From positions 8,184,001 to 8,248,000 of the forward strand of contig OZ281495.1 in the NCBI GenBank assembly GCA_965637545.1: a stretch of DNA of 64,000 nt. Direction: 5' to 3'. Below are positions 11,501 through 25,300 of the stretch, one piece after another. This stretch comes from Phallusia mammillata. Taxonomy: Eukaryota. The translations under genes were made by a program, and so were the position numbers. The notes below the pieces were generated by a model. The model saw only the letters and a list, made by a program, of their open reading frames with translations. It was not told the DNA's origin and made no database searches. The first letter of the stretch is position 1. Each line of letters starts with the position of its first letter.

Positions 11501-11984
11501 CAGAGGTCTCCAACCCAAACTGCTTTGGGGGCCAAAAACAAACTTTCAAGTAAGTCGAGGGCCGCATTATCGATATCAAACAAAAATATTGCAAGATTAA
11601 AAAGTAAAATGTTCATGTATGCTATTAGCTACATTAAAAAAAACAATACAGTATTAAATAATAAACAGATATACAGTGTAGTAAAGTGAAAGTTAACTGT
11701 GCTTGATTGCTTTGTGTGGAAACAATGGCCTACAATTACGCAAAAATGTATAAAATATGATGCAACAATCGCAATGGTAATTTTACAATGGGCCAGTTTG
11801 ATGATACTGTGAAAACGTTGTATATACCACTAATAGAGAATGATTGTATTATGTAAACTTGTTAGTCAAAAATAGGTATTTCAAGTAAAACACATATCAT
11901 AACTTCTAAAAGTTACTCCGCGGGCCACATAAAAACCCTTGGAGGGTCGCATGCGGCCCGTGGGCCACATGATTGAGACCCCTG
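11501..11984. mobile_element. hAT (Charlie-like) MITE between MRPS2 and PIPOX-1 3' ends
   Basis: cagaggtctccaa...ttgagacccctg; perfect 8-bp TSD ttttacat. Confidence 0.88.
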
Positions 11985-12080
11985 TTTTACATGATACATA
12001 TGCATGGTAAAAACAATGCTACCAAAGCACCAAATTGACATACTTATTCTTCTAAAACTTATACAAAAGACATGAAACTT

Positions 12081-14590
12081 TTATAGACGAGAGGCATTAT
12101 TGAATCTAGATAATGCAAACTTATTCACAGGATATTCTGGTTTGCGACCAAGTGCAAGTGAACACACAATTTTTCCAACCACTGGAGCCAGTTTGTATCC
12201 ATGACCTTCAAAAACAAATTACAGTAACACTTCGGCTAAAAAAAACATTTTGTACCAATATAAGTCAATATTTACCTGAAAATCCACCAGCAATGATAAT
12301 GTTTTCATGTTTTGGATGGTGGTCTATGACAAAATCATTATCTGGTGTCTCCTTAAATTTAAAATTTATGATAATATTATTTAAAATTCAATTTTATCAA
12401 AAAATAAACAATTCAAACTGACTTTTATTGCAGTGCATATATAGCCTATTTGTTAAATTTCAGTTTGTGGCTGTGTTTTATTCCATTAAAAGAAGAAAAA
12501 AATCTGGTTACATTTGCGATAACCTACAGTTTGAATGCAGTGTTCAACAATAGACAGTTCCGGGATCAAATCAGGAAAATGATGCTTAATTAAATCTTCT
12601 CTAATTTTTTTAATTCTCTCCTCTGAAAATTTGGCTTTTGTCAAGAAGCTTCCTCTATTATCAGGATCCACTTCCATTTTAAAGTGACAACTCACCTGCA
12701 AAACGTTTTGTCTGTTTTCTTGTAAAAAAATGCACTTGCAAACTGAGATTAGTAAAGTAGCGATTCGATAAATTTTACATCACACAAAAATATTGGTTTT
12801 CCAGGATTTAGTTTTTGTATTACCTTCATATGCTCAGGATATTCCAAGACCGGCGTGCTGTAAAAATGAAACCCTAAATCACTGTCACAAATAATAACTG
12901 GAAATCCATTTTCTGGTTTGTAAACTTGTGGATTTTTTGCTTTCCAATACATGCTGTTAATTTGAGTAACCTAAAAAAACATCTAGTTTACTTTTTTAGT
13001 ATTTCCCAAGCTTTTGGACTTACACCACAAAAAAGTTTTGTTTTTGTGGCCCAAATTTTGTTAAAAAACATTAATAAATTCTACTGTTGTCATGTACACC
13101 CACACATTTTTATTAATTACTTTGCAAAAATGGATATTTCGCAGCACATGTTCAGATCTGTTGGAACTTTCTAAATAACAAGCACTTACTGTACCTTGAT
13201 GGGGATGTTAAGATCCAACGGTTCTAAAACTTTGTTGATCCAAGGTCCACATGCCAATATCACACATTTGCAATCATAAGTGGCAGCATTTGTCATAACT
13301 TTAATGTGTGATTCACTGATTGGTTGCACATGAAGCACTTTTTCACAATCATGTAAAACACCTCCCAGGGATGCAAATGATGCCTAAAATGCAAAATAAG
13401 TATGAACAAAATTATAAATTAGGTTTAACTTTAACTGTATCATACAATAACAATTTTGAACCTATTGCAGTGGCACTGAAAATTTCATTTTAGTTTTTAC
13501 AGGTTTAATTTTTATTTGTGGGTATTTATTTAATTCAAATCAGAGTTGCATTGAGTTTATTTCGTTTGGTGAAAGAAATCCGAGCATCACAATAGTACTA
13601 AAACAATCACCAAGTCAGAAAGAGCTGTACAACATTAAAAAAAATATTTAAAATAATTGACAAGGTAAAAAATGTCACACCTGAACAGCATTTAAACACT
13701 TGTCAGCTTTCATAACTCCAGCAGAGAGTTCAACAACACCATTTCGATTTGGCGATTTTAAACCTGGAAATCTATCACTGACTTCTGCTGCAGTTATGTG
13801 CTCATGGCTAATTGATAAAAAGGATAGATTGGTTGATAGTTGTTTAAGTCGTTCTTTAGTGGATATTGTTACCAGTGGACACCTTCTACAAAAAAAACAA
13901 ATTTAGTTAATCGCATACAAAAACTTTTTTTATGCATTTAACCAGATTATATGCAAATAACTGGATAATTTTTTTAACAAATCGCTATCGTTGGTATTTA
14001 TGAACCTAAATCATTGTAAACCACGGTGAATAATAATACAAACGACGTTATCCACTTTTACAACTAACACTAGCAAGTTTGCTGCTTGTTCTTTTTCCAG
14101 CTCTGTCCACATCTTAAAAGCTTCAGGCATCATTCGCGCATAATTAAGTTTGTCGTACGAACAACGGATAATTCGTGATTTTCCGGCAGAACTCCCATGG
14201 CCATGCGGGAGAGAAAACTGCAAAACGCAACACATAAGCGATGTCACTCACCAAAACGTTGCATTTATTCGTTTTGTCGAATTCACAGGGGATTGGAAAT
14301 GAAGTATATTGCTATACAACACCTTTTATCGCTGCTTCAACGTGAAAGCCTGCGATTTAAGGGTAGCTCACGGAGTATGCAAAGCTGTAAGCCGTACGTT
14401 ATGAGAATTACCCTTTGTACAGCCGCAACAAATTGAAACTTGGTTTAGCTATGGCAAATGTATGCAACACAAAAATATTGCTACTATTACATACTTGTTC
14501 GAGCAAAAGAATTCGTTTTCCTTCCGCAGCAACTTGTCTTGCTATCCACGAACCTTCGATTCCCGCGCCGCACACGATCACATCATACAT
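12081..14590 (-). CDS. PIPOX: Pipecolate/sarcosine oxidase-like flavoprotein, paralogue 1 (ends ...NNASRL*)
   Basis: Exons 14590-14495, 14217-14069, 13885-13681, 13383-13195, 12970-12824, 12695-12528, 12351-12276, 12205-12081. FAD motif [46 protein letters not shown]; C-terminal SRL fits the PTS1 consensus. Confidence 0.9.
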
Positions 14591-15455
14591 TGTGCACAAA
14601 CGAGTTCTTTTTTGGTTACTCCTCACAAACGAGCTGTGTTCGCAAATTTCCCTTGTAAGTGTAATGAGTTAGATTACAACTGGCTATGACGGGGTAGTTA
14701 CATCGCGTCTGTATATTACAATTGTTTGCATTTCGTAAGGAGAAAGTGCTACGTTTTCTGGCTAGGTGTCTGTCAGTTTGACCCCAATTAAAGGTTTTGA
14801 TGTAACTTGTTAAAAACAGAGGGCCTGATTCAAAATTCAAAACAAAACTGTCATTGATGACGCTTGTTTACACTTTACAGTCAAAATGCAAAATGACTAC
14901 AGCATTCGTTGAAGCGTCTGTGAAAGAATTATTTACTTTAAACAAGCTTTCATGGTAGTTTCGTTTAAATCAAGCTGCTCTTTTTTTAAAGTCTATTTTC
15001 TGACGTTCCTCAAAACAAACTAGTGTGTCGACTCGAGACCACTCGAGTGTGACCAAAATCAAAACAAACAAAGCACGTGGCAGTAATAGCAGTTAACGGA
15101 TTTCGGAAAAAAGTAAACGTAAACATCATTCAGGAAAAGTCAGGCATTTTGCAACTGAACAACTTTGAACTTTCATACAGTCGTTTTTGCTAGTTGCAGT
15201 TAATGATTAACTTTATGAAAACGTGATTGCTTTGTGCACTTTGCAGCAAATTTCAACACATGTATTATATGCAGCAGTTGACTGCACTGAGAAACAGTCT
15301 CAAAAGTTAAATTACTCTGCTTTGGTTTACAAATAACAACTTTACATGTAGTTATTTTGCAGTGATACATCGTTTATGGTATAAATGTACAACACTTTTG
15401 TTTTTCCTTATTTAGGCAACCTAAAACTCATTTCTTATTATTTTTACTTACAGAG

Positions 15456-18400
15456 ATGTCTTTTGATGTTATTGTATGTGGTGCAGGAGTCCAAGGGCTC
15501 TGGACTGCAAATTATTTGCTGCAGCAAGGAAAAAAGGTTCTTTTGTTAGAACAGGTTAGTGTTCGTTGTGCAATAAATGTTCAGCTTGTTTAGTGTTAAA
15601 TTAATATTTTGGGGATCGCAAGTTTAGTCACTCTTTTAGCAAGCCCAAAGTTCCATACTCATGTACAGATAAACCCACTTAACATAGACAAAAACTTTAT
15701 TTTTTGAGTAATAAATTGTCTGAACTTTATGATAATTAGGTCTTTGCTGTAATAGTAATTAAGTCGTAAATGTTATGTGATTTTGTTTTGCATGATTCTG
15801 TGCAAAGTTGTAATTTTACCATGTTCTTATTTTTTACCAGCATTGTCACAAGTAATATTTATTACAAGATAAGCCAATTTGAGAGATAGTATTTAAATTA
15901 GACCCACAAGGGTAATCATCATACAAAACTGTTTAAAATTTGATCTGTGTCATAAAACCAAAACAAGTAAAGCACTGAGCTGTCCTTGGGAATGTGTGAT
16001 ATAGCATTACTTAGTGTTGGTTTCTTTGTAGTTTCCATGGCCTCACAGTAGAGGGAGTTCTCATGGTGATTCAAGAATTACTCGTTACACTTACGCAACT
16101 TCTCATCACAGCAAGATGATGCCGGAAGCATTTAAAAAATGGGCAGAGTTGGAGAAAAAAGCAAAAACACAACTGTTTGTGTGAGTAAACATATTGAATT
16201 GTTTGATATGTTAAAACATGTAGACTACATTTACGTACCTAAAACTTTTAATAACTTCAGACCCTCTTTACAGCAATGTAGAGTATACTATATATATAAA
16301 GGAACGGTCCATCCAAAGCTTTGCCTAGGTCTTACAAAAACAAAAGTGTGTTTTAAGGGGCTGCTGATATTACATGTTGCTACAAATAATTTGCCAAACT
16401 TAACTGTGACTATCTGACATAGGTAACTGCCAATTAAAGACTCAGCTCAAGTGTGGAAAATATTTTCAATTCTGCAGACAGTAGTTATTGCAGTGGTACA
16501 TTATAATGTACTGTGTATTTTGTTCAGGTTGTGTTTGTTGCAATCACCATTAGCTACAGTAACTTGCATCTGCGTCGTCAATACGAAACGTATTGTAATA
16601 AAAAAATATATACCATATTTAATTTTTGTACAATTCATCACCGGGTCATTCCATGTCAACTGCCCAGGCCAGTTAACCCACCCCCTCAGATTTTTATCAA
16701 ATTTAAAATGTGAATGCAGCTAGTTACACTGATTTCAACAACAAATTTTTTTTTGAAAACTATCAATGTTTCACGAAGTTATGACTTTTTGAAAATATGT
16801 CAAAAATGTGATCACTGCAGCGACGCGCATCAATGATTTTTAAAATACTGTGTTTAAAATGTCATATTTTTTTCTAATTTGTATATTGTGGTCATTTTAG
16901 TAGGTTAGGTGAACCTGAAGGACTTTCTCAATCACCTCATTACAGTTTTTCATGTTTTTGAAATATGGGTCAGTAATTTAAGGGGGTTCAGTTTGGGGGT
17001 ATGCGAATGTGCATTCATGCGTAACGACTCATATCTTGAAGAGCACACTAGCTACAAAGTTGAGTAATGGCTCAAATGAAAGCTCTGGCTGAGTACCTTA
17101 CTTTGTTCTTAATTTTATGATGCTTCTCTGTAATTTGTTAAAGCAGGGTCATAATAAAACACTGATTCATTTTTCAGGTATTTTTGTGATTAAATGTTGA
17201 TAAGATGCAAAAGTGTAGTGTAGGTGTGTTACTGGATACTGAATGCCACAAAAAGGCACATTCAACACAAAAACAAGGTATTTTACCAATTGCCTTTCTA
17301 ACAGATGAAGAACAATTGCTTCTGAATATTCGAGTTGCTGCTGATAAGGGCAATGAATGTTGTTTGGAGAACGTATGTATTTTCCACAAGTACAATTACA
17401 TTGGTCGGTACCCTTCCTTGCAGAAGAATTGTTGTGATCCTTTGGAAGTCCACACAAAACCAGTCAAAAACCGTAGTATACGTTCTATCACTTGGGAATG
17501 TTACCAAAAATATAAAAATTAAAATTTGAACATTGTACCGGGAAAAAAGGTGTGTGTCAACTGCAGTATAAGACTTAAAGAAACACTCTCTCAAAATGTA
17601 TCATCAAATGAAGAAGCTTCGAGTTCGACTGACAGTGATATATATAACATTGCATCTACTGTTCAAGCAAACGAATCTTTCAGCAGGCTTAATGAAAGTT
17701 TACAGTGTGTTGAGGTGATTACCTGTGAAGTTGCATAGTGTGCCTTCAAGCAGTAAAATTTTCTATGGGAAAAGAAAATTATGTCAAATTCATGATGCCT
17801 TCATGCAAAGATGTCCAATTTTTTTTAATATCAGTGACATAGACCTATAGCAAGACCAACCTGGCACTAAAGATGAAGACAAAATGAAAATAAAATCTTT
17901 TGACAACATTATCTCTAAAATGAAAAAAATTAAGAACAGTGGCAGTACGATAGCAGAAAAAATACAAGTCCCCACAATGATACCCAAGTAACTGGTCAAG
18001 AGAAAAGACTACCTCAAACGGAAAATCACACCTTTTCACGGTACAATGTTTAAATTGTAATTTTTATATTTTTGTTAATATTCCCAAGTGGTAGCACGTA
18101 TATTACGATTTTTGACTGGTTTGGTGTGGACTTGAAAAGGATCACAACACTTCTTCTGCAAGGAAGGGTACCAACCAATGTAATTGTACTTGTGGAAAAT
18201 ACATCCGTTCTCCAAACAACATTCATTACTCTTATCAGCAGCAACTCGAATATTCAGAAGCATATGCTCTTCATCTGTTAGAGAGTCAATTGGTAAAAAA
18301 CCTTGTTTTTGTGTTGGATATGTCTTTTTGTGGCATTAAGTATCTAGTGAGACACCTACACTAAACTTTTGCATCTTAACAAATTTTAATCACAAATTAG

Positions 18401-19790
18401 GGCACATAAAGTGTAGATAATAGAAGCAGTATCACAAAAATATCCGAAAAATGAACCTGGGTTTTATTATGACCCTGCTTTAAACAAATTACAGAGAAGC
18501 ATCATAAAATTAAGAACAAGGAAAGTACTCAGCAAGAGCTTTCATTTGAGCCATTACTCAACTTTGTAGCTAGTGTGCTCTTCAAGATATGAGCTTTTAA
18601 AGTTGTCGTTACGCATGAATGCACATTCACATACCCCCAAACTGAACCCCTTTAAATTACTGACCCATATTTCAAAAACATGAAAAACTGTAATGAGGTG
18701 ATTGAGAATGTCCTTAAGGTTCACCTAACCTACTAAAATGACCACAATATACAAATTAGAAAAAAATATGACATTTTAAACACAGTATTTTAAAAATCAT
18801 TGATGCGCGTCGCTGCAGTGATCACATTTTTGACATATTTTCAAAAAGTCATAACTTCGTGAAACATTGATAGTTTTCAAAAAAAAATTTTTTGTTGAAA
18901 TCAGTGTAACTAGCTGCATGGACATATGAAATTTGAAGAAAATCTGAGAGGGTGGGTTAACTTTTGCCATTTTTCTGGGACGTTTGACATGGAATGACCC
19001 CACCATGATTTTTTGTTTTCAGCAATTGTGGGTTGCTGGCGATTGGAGACCAAAATAAAGTTGACACTGTGCTAAAAATTTTAAAAGAAGGACAAATTCC
19101 CCACGATTGTCTTTCTGCTTTAGATATAAAACAGAAGTTTCCGGATTTAGATTCTGGTGATTTAATAGGTGTTTTGGAGAAGACTGCTGGTGTTTTGAAA
19201 GCCAAGCACTGTCTTTTTGCTTTGCAGGTAATGATTGTGTTTGTATGTTATGGTGTACTAGTCTGTAAAACTGTTTCGAAACATAACTATTATTACTCTG
19301 CATGGTATACACAAGACAAATTATGCCATTTTTGCAAAAATTTATAGCTGATGCTAAGCACAAAAATTTATAGCTGATGCTAAGCACAAAACATATACTC
19401 ATCTGTGCAAATCTTTTATTTTGTTTTCGAAACAAAAATATCAATTTCTCTCATTTGGAAGGCATCAGTAATTTCCATCTTAATCATTTACAATCACCCA
19501 TTAAAAATTTGACATAAAAATGCTCGAGAGTAAAGGCAATTGTAAATATTTTTAAGGAAGCATTTCTGAAAGATGGTGGGAGCTTTCAAGATTGCGAAAA
19601 AGTGCTGTCCATCCAACCGGTCCACTACACCTTGGTAAAAGTTGCCACCAACAAGAGTACTTACTCAGCTAAGTCTGTGGTGCTGACATGTGGCTCTTGG
19701 ATTAACAATTTGCTTAAACCTCTTGATATAACCCTCCCTATTAAGGTAAATTTTACAAAAAAAGTTAATCTTATTCATTAGATTTTACCT

Positions 19791-19839
<49 letters not shown>

Positions 19840-21979
19840 TGGTTCTCAAACTGTGCGCCACAAAGTTGTTTGTTTGTTTTACAATTTGGTTGGTTGTACT
19901 TTTCCAGTTTTGTTTATTTAAATGTTTAATTTTGTGCCATATATAATAATAAACATTTGGGTTTCACAAAAAACATTGGTCAGTTTAAAAGTTTTGTATT
20001 TCGTCACTGCTGGATCTTTATTGAGCCTAAAATTTAAACACTTGTGATGAAGGTTTTTAAAGTGTACGATTTCGGTTTTCTCGCTGTCATAGTTATAGCA
20101 TCAGAAACAGTAATAGCTTATGTGCAGCATCGAATCCAATTCAAAAATTCCTGGGCAATTTGTATCAACTAACGAAAAAAATGTGATGTATCCTGATTAC
20201 TTCCTCTATTTTTTTGTATCAATGTAGGTTTTAGCAAGCGCACAACACAATAATATTTTTTTAATTTTTAATCATTTAAAAATGTTTACACTTGCTTAAT
20301 TTTTAGCCAACCAGGGTTGAATCAGTTTATTGGAAAGCAAAAAACCCAAAACGGTTGCAAGCTGATAGTGGATTTCCTGCAACTATTTTGTATGGCAAAA
20401 GTCATATCTATTCGACACCAATCATTGAATATCCAGGTTTGATGAAGGTAACTATCTGGTGTTACAAACATTTTTTCTTTCAGGTATAACAGCAAATTCT
20501 ATTTAAGATGATTTTCAATCAGTTCGACATTTTTTTGCTGGTTTTGTAACCAGGAAAATTTAATTTCATTTGAACGATTTTTTTTGCATATTTTTAAATT
20601 GTTCCCTTTTACTTTCTAAAAGTAGGGGTCTGAAACTTAAATGATTGCTTTTATTACTCAAATACAAACAGATCTACAGATTAAAGTAGGGCTTTACTTT
20701 TTTAAATTTTAATTTAGGTTTCTTGTCATTTTGGTGTGGTGACTGACCCTGACAGGAGAGATGCATTAAGGGAAAAAACATTGCAAGTTGCTGAAAGTCA
20801 TCGTGAGACTTTGACAAATATTGTGGAAACAAACTACCCAGGACTTCACCCAGAGCCAGCAATTGTTGAAAGCTGCATTTATTCGGTTTGTTGGTTGCCT
20901 TTTTGGCTGAACCTTTTTTAATGTTTCAACAACCCTAATGTGAAGATTGTATTGTAAGAATCCAGTTCATTATACTTATAAGAACCACATATTTCATTGT
21001 TAGGTATCACTTTGACAATTTGTTTTACATTTAAAGAAAACAAAATCAATCATTTCTTCTCTACTTTTAATGCTTTTTACTTTGAACCAAAATCCTTAAA
21101 CTTGTTGCTTGGTGGATAAAGACTACAATGAACCTTTTTCTTTATTGGTTCAAATTTGTTTAAACATAAAGTCATTCATCCTTGTGAATTGAAGCCAAAT
21201 ATATTTTGGCTATTATGCGGCATCATCCGTATCTTATTCAAAGAGAAACATTCTATTTGAATAAGATACCTTCTTTCAGTGCCTAATAATTAATTAGAAC
21301 TGAACATGTTTTATGTGTTGAATGTAAAAATTGCATACATAAGAGTATGCAGTCAAAAACTTGACACTTTTGCACTGTTTGTTGTAATTCTACTTTTGCA
21401 CAAGTAGAACTTGCTTTTGTGATGAGACTATGTAAATCTCTTTCACCATTAGAAAACACCAGATGAGGACTTTATATTGGATCGGCATCCTGTTTTTAAA
21501 AACATTATTATTGGCGCTGGATTTTCAGGTATGCTCAATGTATATCACAAAACAAAATCATGTAAAAAGGGTGCAAAACCTGCAGTTCAATTCTTCATAT
21601 GCAACTTTAAGTTAAATTTCTTTGAACAATATGTGTTATTAAGTTACCACGTAGTATTCTCGTCCATTGATATATAGTGTATAAATCGCTAAAAGGTGCT
21701 TTATGTTAATATACCCTCTTATGATAAATGCAGTTTATGTGTGTAAAATAGAACCAGCTTTAAACAAATTTCTGCTCAATTGTTTGCTCTTTTTAATCAA
21801 CTGTTTTAAGGGGATTTTTTAATTAGACTTTTTGGCACATTTCACAATTCTTAGGTCATGGTTTCAAGATGTCACCGGTCATCGGAAGGATTTTAGGTGA
21901 TCTTGCACTTAATCGAACACCTCCATATCCGATGCACCACTTTTCCATGTCAAGATTTAGACACAAATCATCACTTTAG
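15456..21979 (+). CDS. PIPOX: Pipecolate/sarcosine oxidase-like flavoprotein, paralogue 2 (ends ...HKSSL*)
   Basis: Exons 15456-15554, 16032-16180, 19023-19227, 19557-19745, 20307-20447, 20718-20885, 21453-21528, 21855-21979. [53 protein letters not shown]. Confidence 0.9.
16643..19000. mobile_element. Foldback non-autonomous DNA transposon, probably Sola2-like, with ~900-bp inverted arms (PIPOX-2 intron 2)
   Basis: Both ends read GGGTCATTCCATGTCAA; 4-bp TSD CACC (16639-16642 / 19001-19004). Arms ~16643-17554 and ~18027-19000. Broken Cys/His-rich reading frames (CCDPLEVH...PGKKVCVNC) resemble a transposase N-terminus. Superfamily is inferred from the GGG termini and 4-bp TSD. Confidence 0.85.
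19796..19836. repeat. (TA)n microsatellite
   Basis: About 20 TA units, followed by a hAT-like cactggttctcaaac fragment. Confidence 0.95.
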
Positions 21980-22378
21980 GCCTATTTTACTCTTTTTTGT
22001 GTTGGTTTGTAATATTTTGACGTGAAAGTTTTGTCAAATAAACAAATCATCGGAAAAAAGGTCATTAGTAAAAAAAAACTTTTATTTCAAAAAATATATA
22101 TGTCGATAAACTGTTTTAACAGTAATTCATGTAAACATTGTTTATACTTTTTTTTGTACAATTTCGTATTTCTGTGTGCAGTTATTGTGTTTTATGTTTT
22201 GAATGTTACTTCCTAGGTTCTCCTTTTTACCAAATTATTTTTACTAATTTTCACGCTCTGCTTTTTGTCTTGTGTGTATACTGATCAAGTACAGGGTCAA
22301 AAGGTGATTTACGTATTAACTTTCCAATTTTGCAATACTATTACTAATGTCTTCAGGTTTTCTGTTAAATCAGTAGGT

Positions 22379-25300
22379 ATGATTTATGAAGTAATTGTTT
22401 GTGGTTCTGGAATTGTTGGTCTATGGACAGCTCATTACATTGCAGAACAGAAGAAGGATGTTTTGCTGTTAGAACAGGTTAACTTTTGGCACAAAATAAT
22501 AATTTTGTTGATAAAAAAACTGCTATAGTTACATTTAAGTTGGTTGTTGTATAAAGGAAATTTACATTAATAAATTAAACTACATTGCTTTGCCAGCTGA
22601 CAGAGTCAACCCAAAATATAGTAACCAGCTTATGTGCAGTAATACATGTATTTTTTAAACAAACAACTATGAATAATCCTCATGATGAAAATAGAGGGCA
22701 TGAGCATTTGCCAAAATGCTTGAACTATAAAGCATGTCGCTTTTTATGTCTATTTGGGCCATTATTTTCTCCAACTTATAAATAATCTATTCTAATGAAA
22801 AAAGAATCTCTTATGTCAACATACTTAAATTTAGCAAAAACCGACTACAGATAATCAAGACAAAATGGTTTGATTTAACACTTATTGGATTTCTTGTTTT
22901 TCCTGTTGGTCTTCAACATTTATACACTTTAATGTTGTACACCTTGTCACATTTGCTGTTTAGTTTCCATTTGGTCATGACAAGGGCAGCTCACATGGCC
23001 CTTCCAGGGTGTTTCGTTCCGCCTACCCTACTGAACATCATGGAGATATGATGCCAGAGTCCACAAAAATGTGGCACAAATTGGAAAAGAAAGTGAATGA
23101 TACACTTATCGCGTAAGAGGATGTAATGTAATTTACAGATTGTTGATGGCTTACAACATTGCCAGATTTTTTTAGATTACCATGTTGAACCCCAAATCAC
23201 AAAAAAACTGCCTCACACAGCCTTACGAAAATTAGATTGTCTTCAATTTCTCAAAAAATATTAAACACATTTTGAACACTCTTAATTTTTTTGCCAGACA
23301 TGCTTATTCTGGGTTTTAGCTTGTTCCAAGATTGTGCACAAGTATTTTTAAAGCATCTAAAAGACCTATCATACAGTCCATAAACTATTTTAAAGGTAAA
23401 ATATTTTAAAGTAATTAATTTAAAAGAAAAATGAATCTAGACCTTGCCAGTATCTGGAAATGGCATCTGATGAAGTATTGGACCAGAGTATTAGCTCCCT
23501 CAACAAAATCAAAGTGCCTCATGCGGCACTGGAACCAGATGAAATTTCAGAGAAGTTTCCTGGTTTATCATCAGGAAATTTCAGAGGTTTATTGGATCAT
23601 TCAGGAGGAGTTTTACATTCTGACAAATGCCTGAAAGCTGTAAAGGTAAGGATGAACACAGGGGAATGGTTGTTTAAAATAAAAGTTATGCCTGTGTATT
23701 ATTAGCTGACAATGACTTTTTTCATTTAATTGCCTAGACCAGTAGTTCCCAAGTGTTTTCAACGAGTTCCTCTCTTAACAATTAAAACAGTTTTGATCGT
23801 TGCAAATATACATAGTATAAACCATACAAAGGTCATTTAAAATTGGGTCTTTTATCAACTTCACAGGTACTATCCCCTGGGCTTGAGTGTCTATTTTCAA
23901 AGCGCATGTAAAAAATAAAGTTAATTTTCCCCTCGAGACTTAACATTCCTCCCCAGTTGAAAACCACTGGCCTAGACCATGGAGTTGCAACCTGCCTTCC
24001 AACTGTGGCCAGTTCCAAGTGATTTAAACCTGCCTTCCAACTCATGGCCAGTTCAAGTGATTAAAACAATTTGATTTTTGATTCTGAGCAAGTTAACTTA
24101 TCTTGTTCTATTTTCTTCAGCAATCCAACAAAATATGGCTAGAAGCAATGGCAAATTAGCAGTTGTTAAAGCATTTTTGCTTTGCAACAAAGTAAAGTCA
24201 ACTTGTGTTATATAAAAATGCTTCTTTCTATTTTTTCACAGTTGTATTTTGTCATTCAATTTTAAGTTGGTACATCCCTGACCTTTGGATTAGAAATAAC
24301 CAGTAGTGGTACACTGTTGTATCATACATTCAACAACAGTGTTCAATGCAAGTTTCCTCTCAGGGGAAAACTCAATGTATAAAAAAGTTGAGTTGTATGT
24401 TTTGTTTCATGACTTTCTTTCTATGCTAGGACCCAACGTGAGTGGTTGCAACTATTTCAAGTACAAATTTGTACCTCAGTTAACACACAGGACCCCAAAC
24501 TGGGACATTTTTGCCCTTCTGGGGGAAATTAAATATATATTCAAATTTTTTCATACTATTTAATGTGGATTTCCTTCAAGGAATTGACATTGCATTCAAA
24601 TGATTTGTTTTACTTTAACATGGCGTTCTTTCCATGCTAGGACCCAGAAACAGTGGTTGAAACTACACATTCCAAATATGTATTTGTACCCCAGTTAATG
24701 CACAGGCCCGAAAATGGAAACTTTCTTTTCACAGATTTAAAATGGAAACTAAACACTTACTCGTTTTCAGGATTCTTTACTGTCTTTGGGTGGAACTGTT
24801 CACTACAATGAAAAAGTAACTAAAATAATACCGGTCAATAACAAGCTGGTGAAGGTGCGGACCAACAAAGCTCTGTATGTCAGTGTCTCTGTGGTATTAG
24901 CATGTGGATCTTGGATCAATGCCTTAACTACTGATTTGCATTTGACTCTTCCTGTTCATGTAAGATTTAGATGTTGCTATGATTTTCTTGGGTTGATATG
25001 CTTGGTTATAGAGCAGGGGCTTGCAACATACGGCCTGCAGGCCACAGTCTGGCCCGCCAAGCTATGTAGTGTGGCCCCCACCAACACACTGATTAAGATA
25101 AAAAATGCACTTCTTCTGAAAATTTAGCAAAACTTTTTATTAGTTTTTGGTAAATCTCTTAAGTTGCTATACTATACATAACAAATATATTCTAAATTAG
25201 CGTTTTCCAACCGGTGGATCATACAGCAGTTATAACAAGTAGCCTACTTTGCCTAATGTGACCTAACAATTCCCTTTGTCTAGTAAACAATTGCTTTGTT

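Noticed and set aside
17167-18281. Overlapping short ORFs as independent genes
   Set aside because: They are mirror-image fragments of the foldback transposon arms with stops and frameshifts.
19335-19386. Short perfect tandem duplications (26 bp here; similar near 288-335, 40185-40230 and 62665-62700)
   Set aside because: Two-unit slippage duplications, not spacer-containing arrays; no CRISPR-like organisation anywhere in the window.
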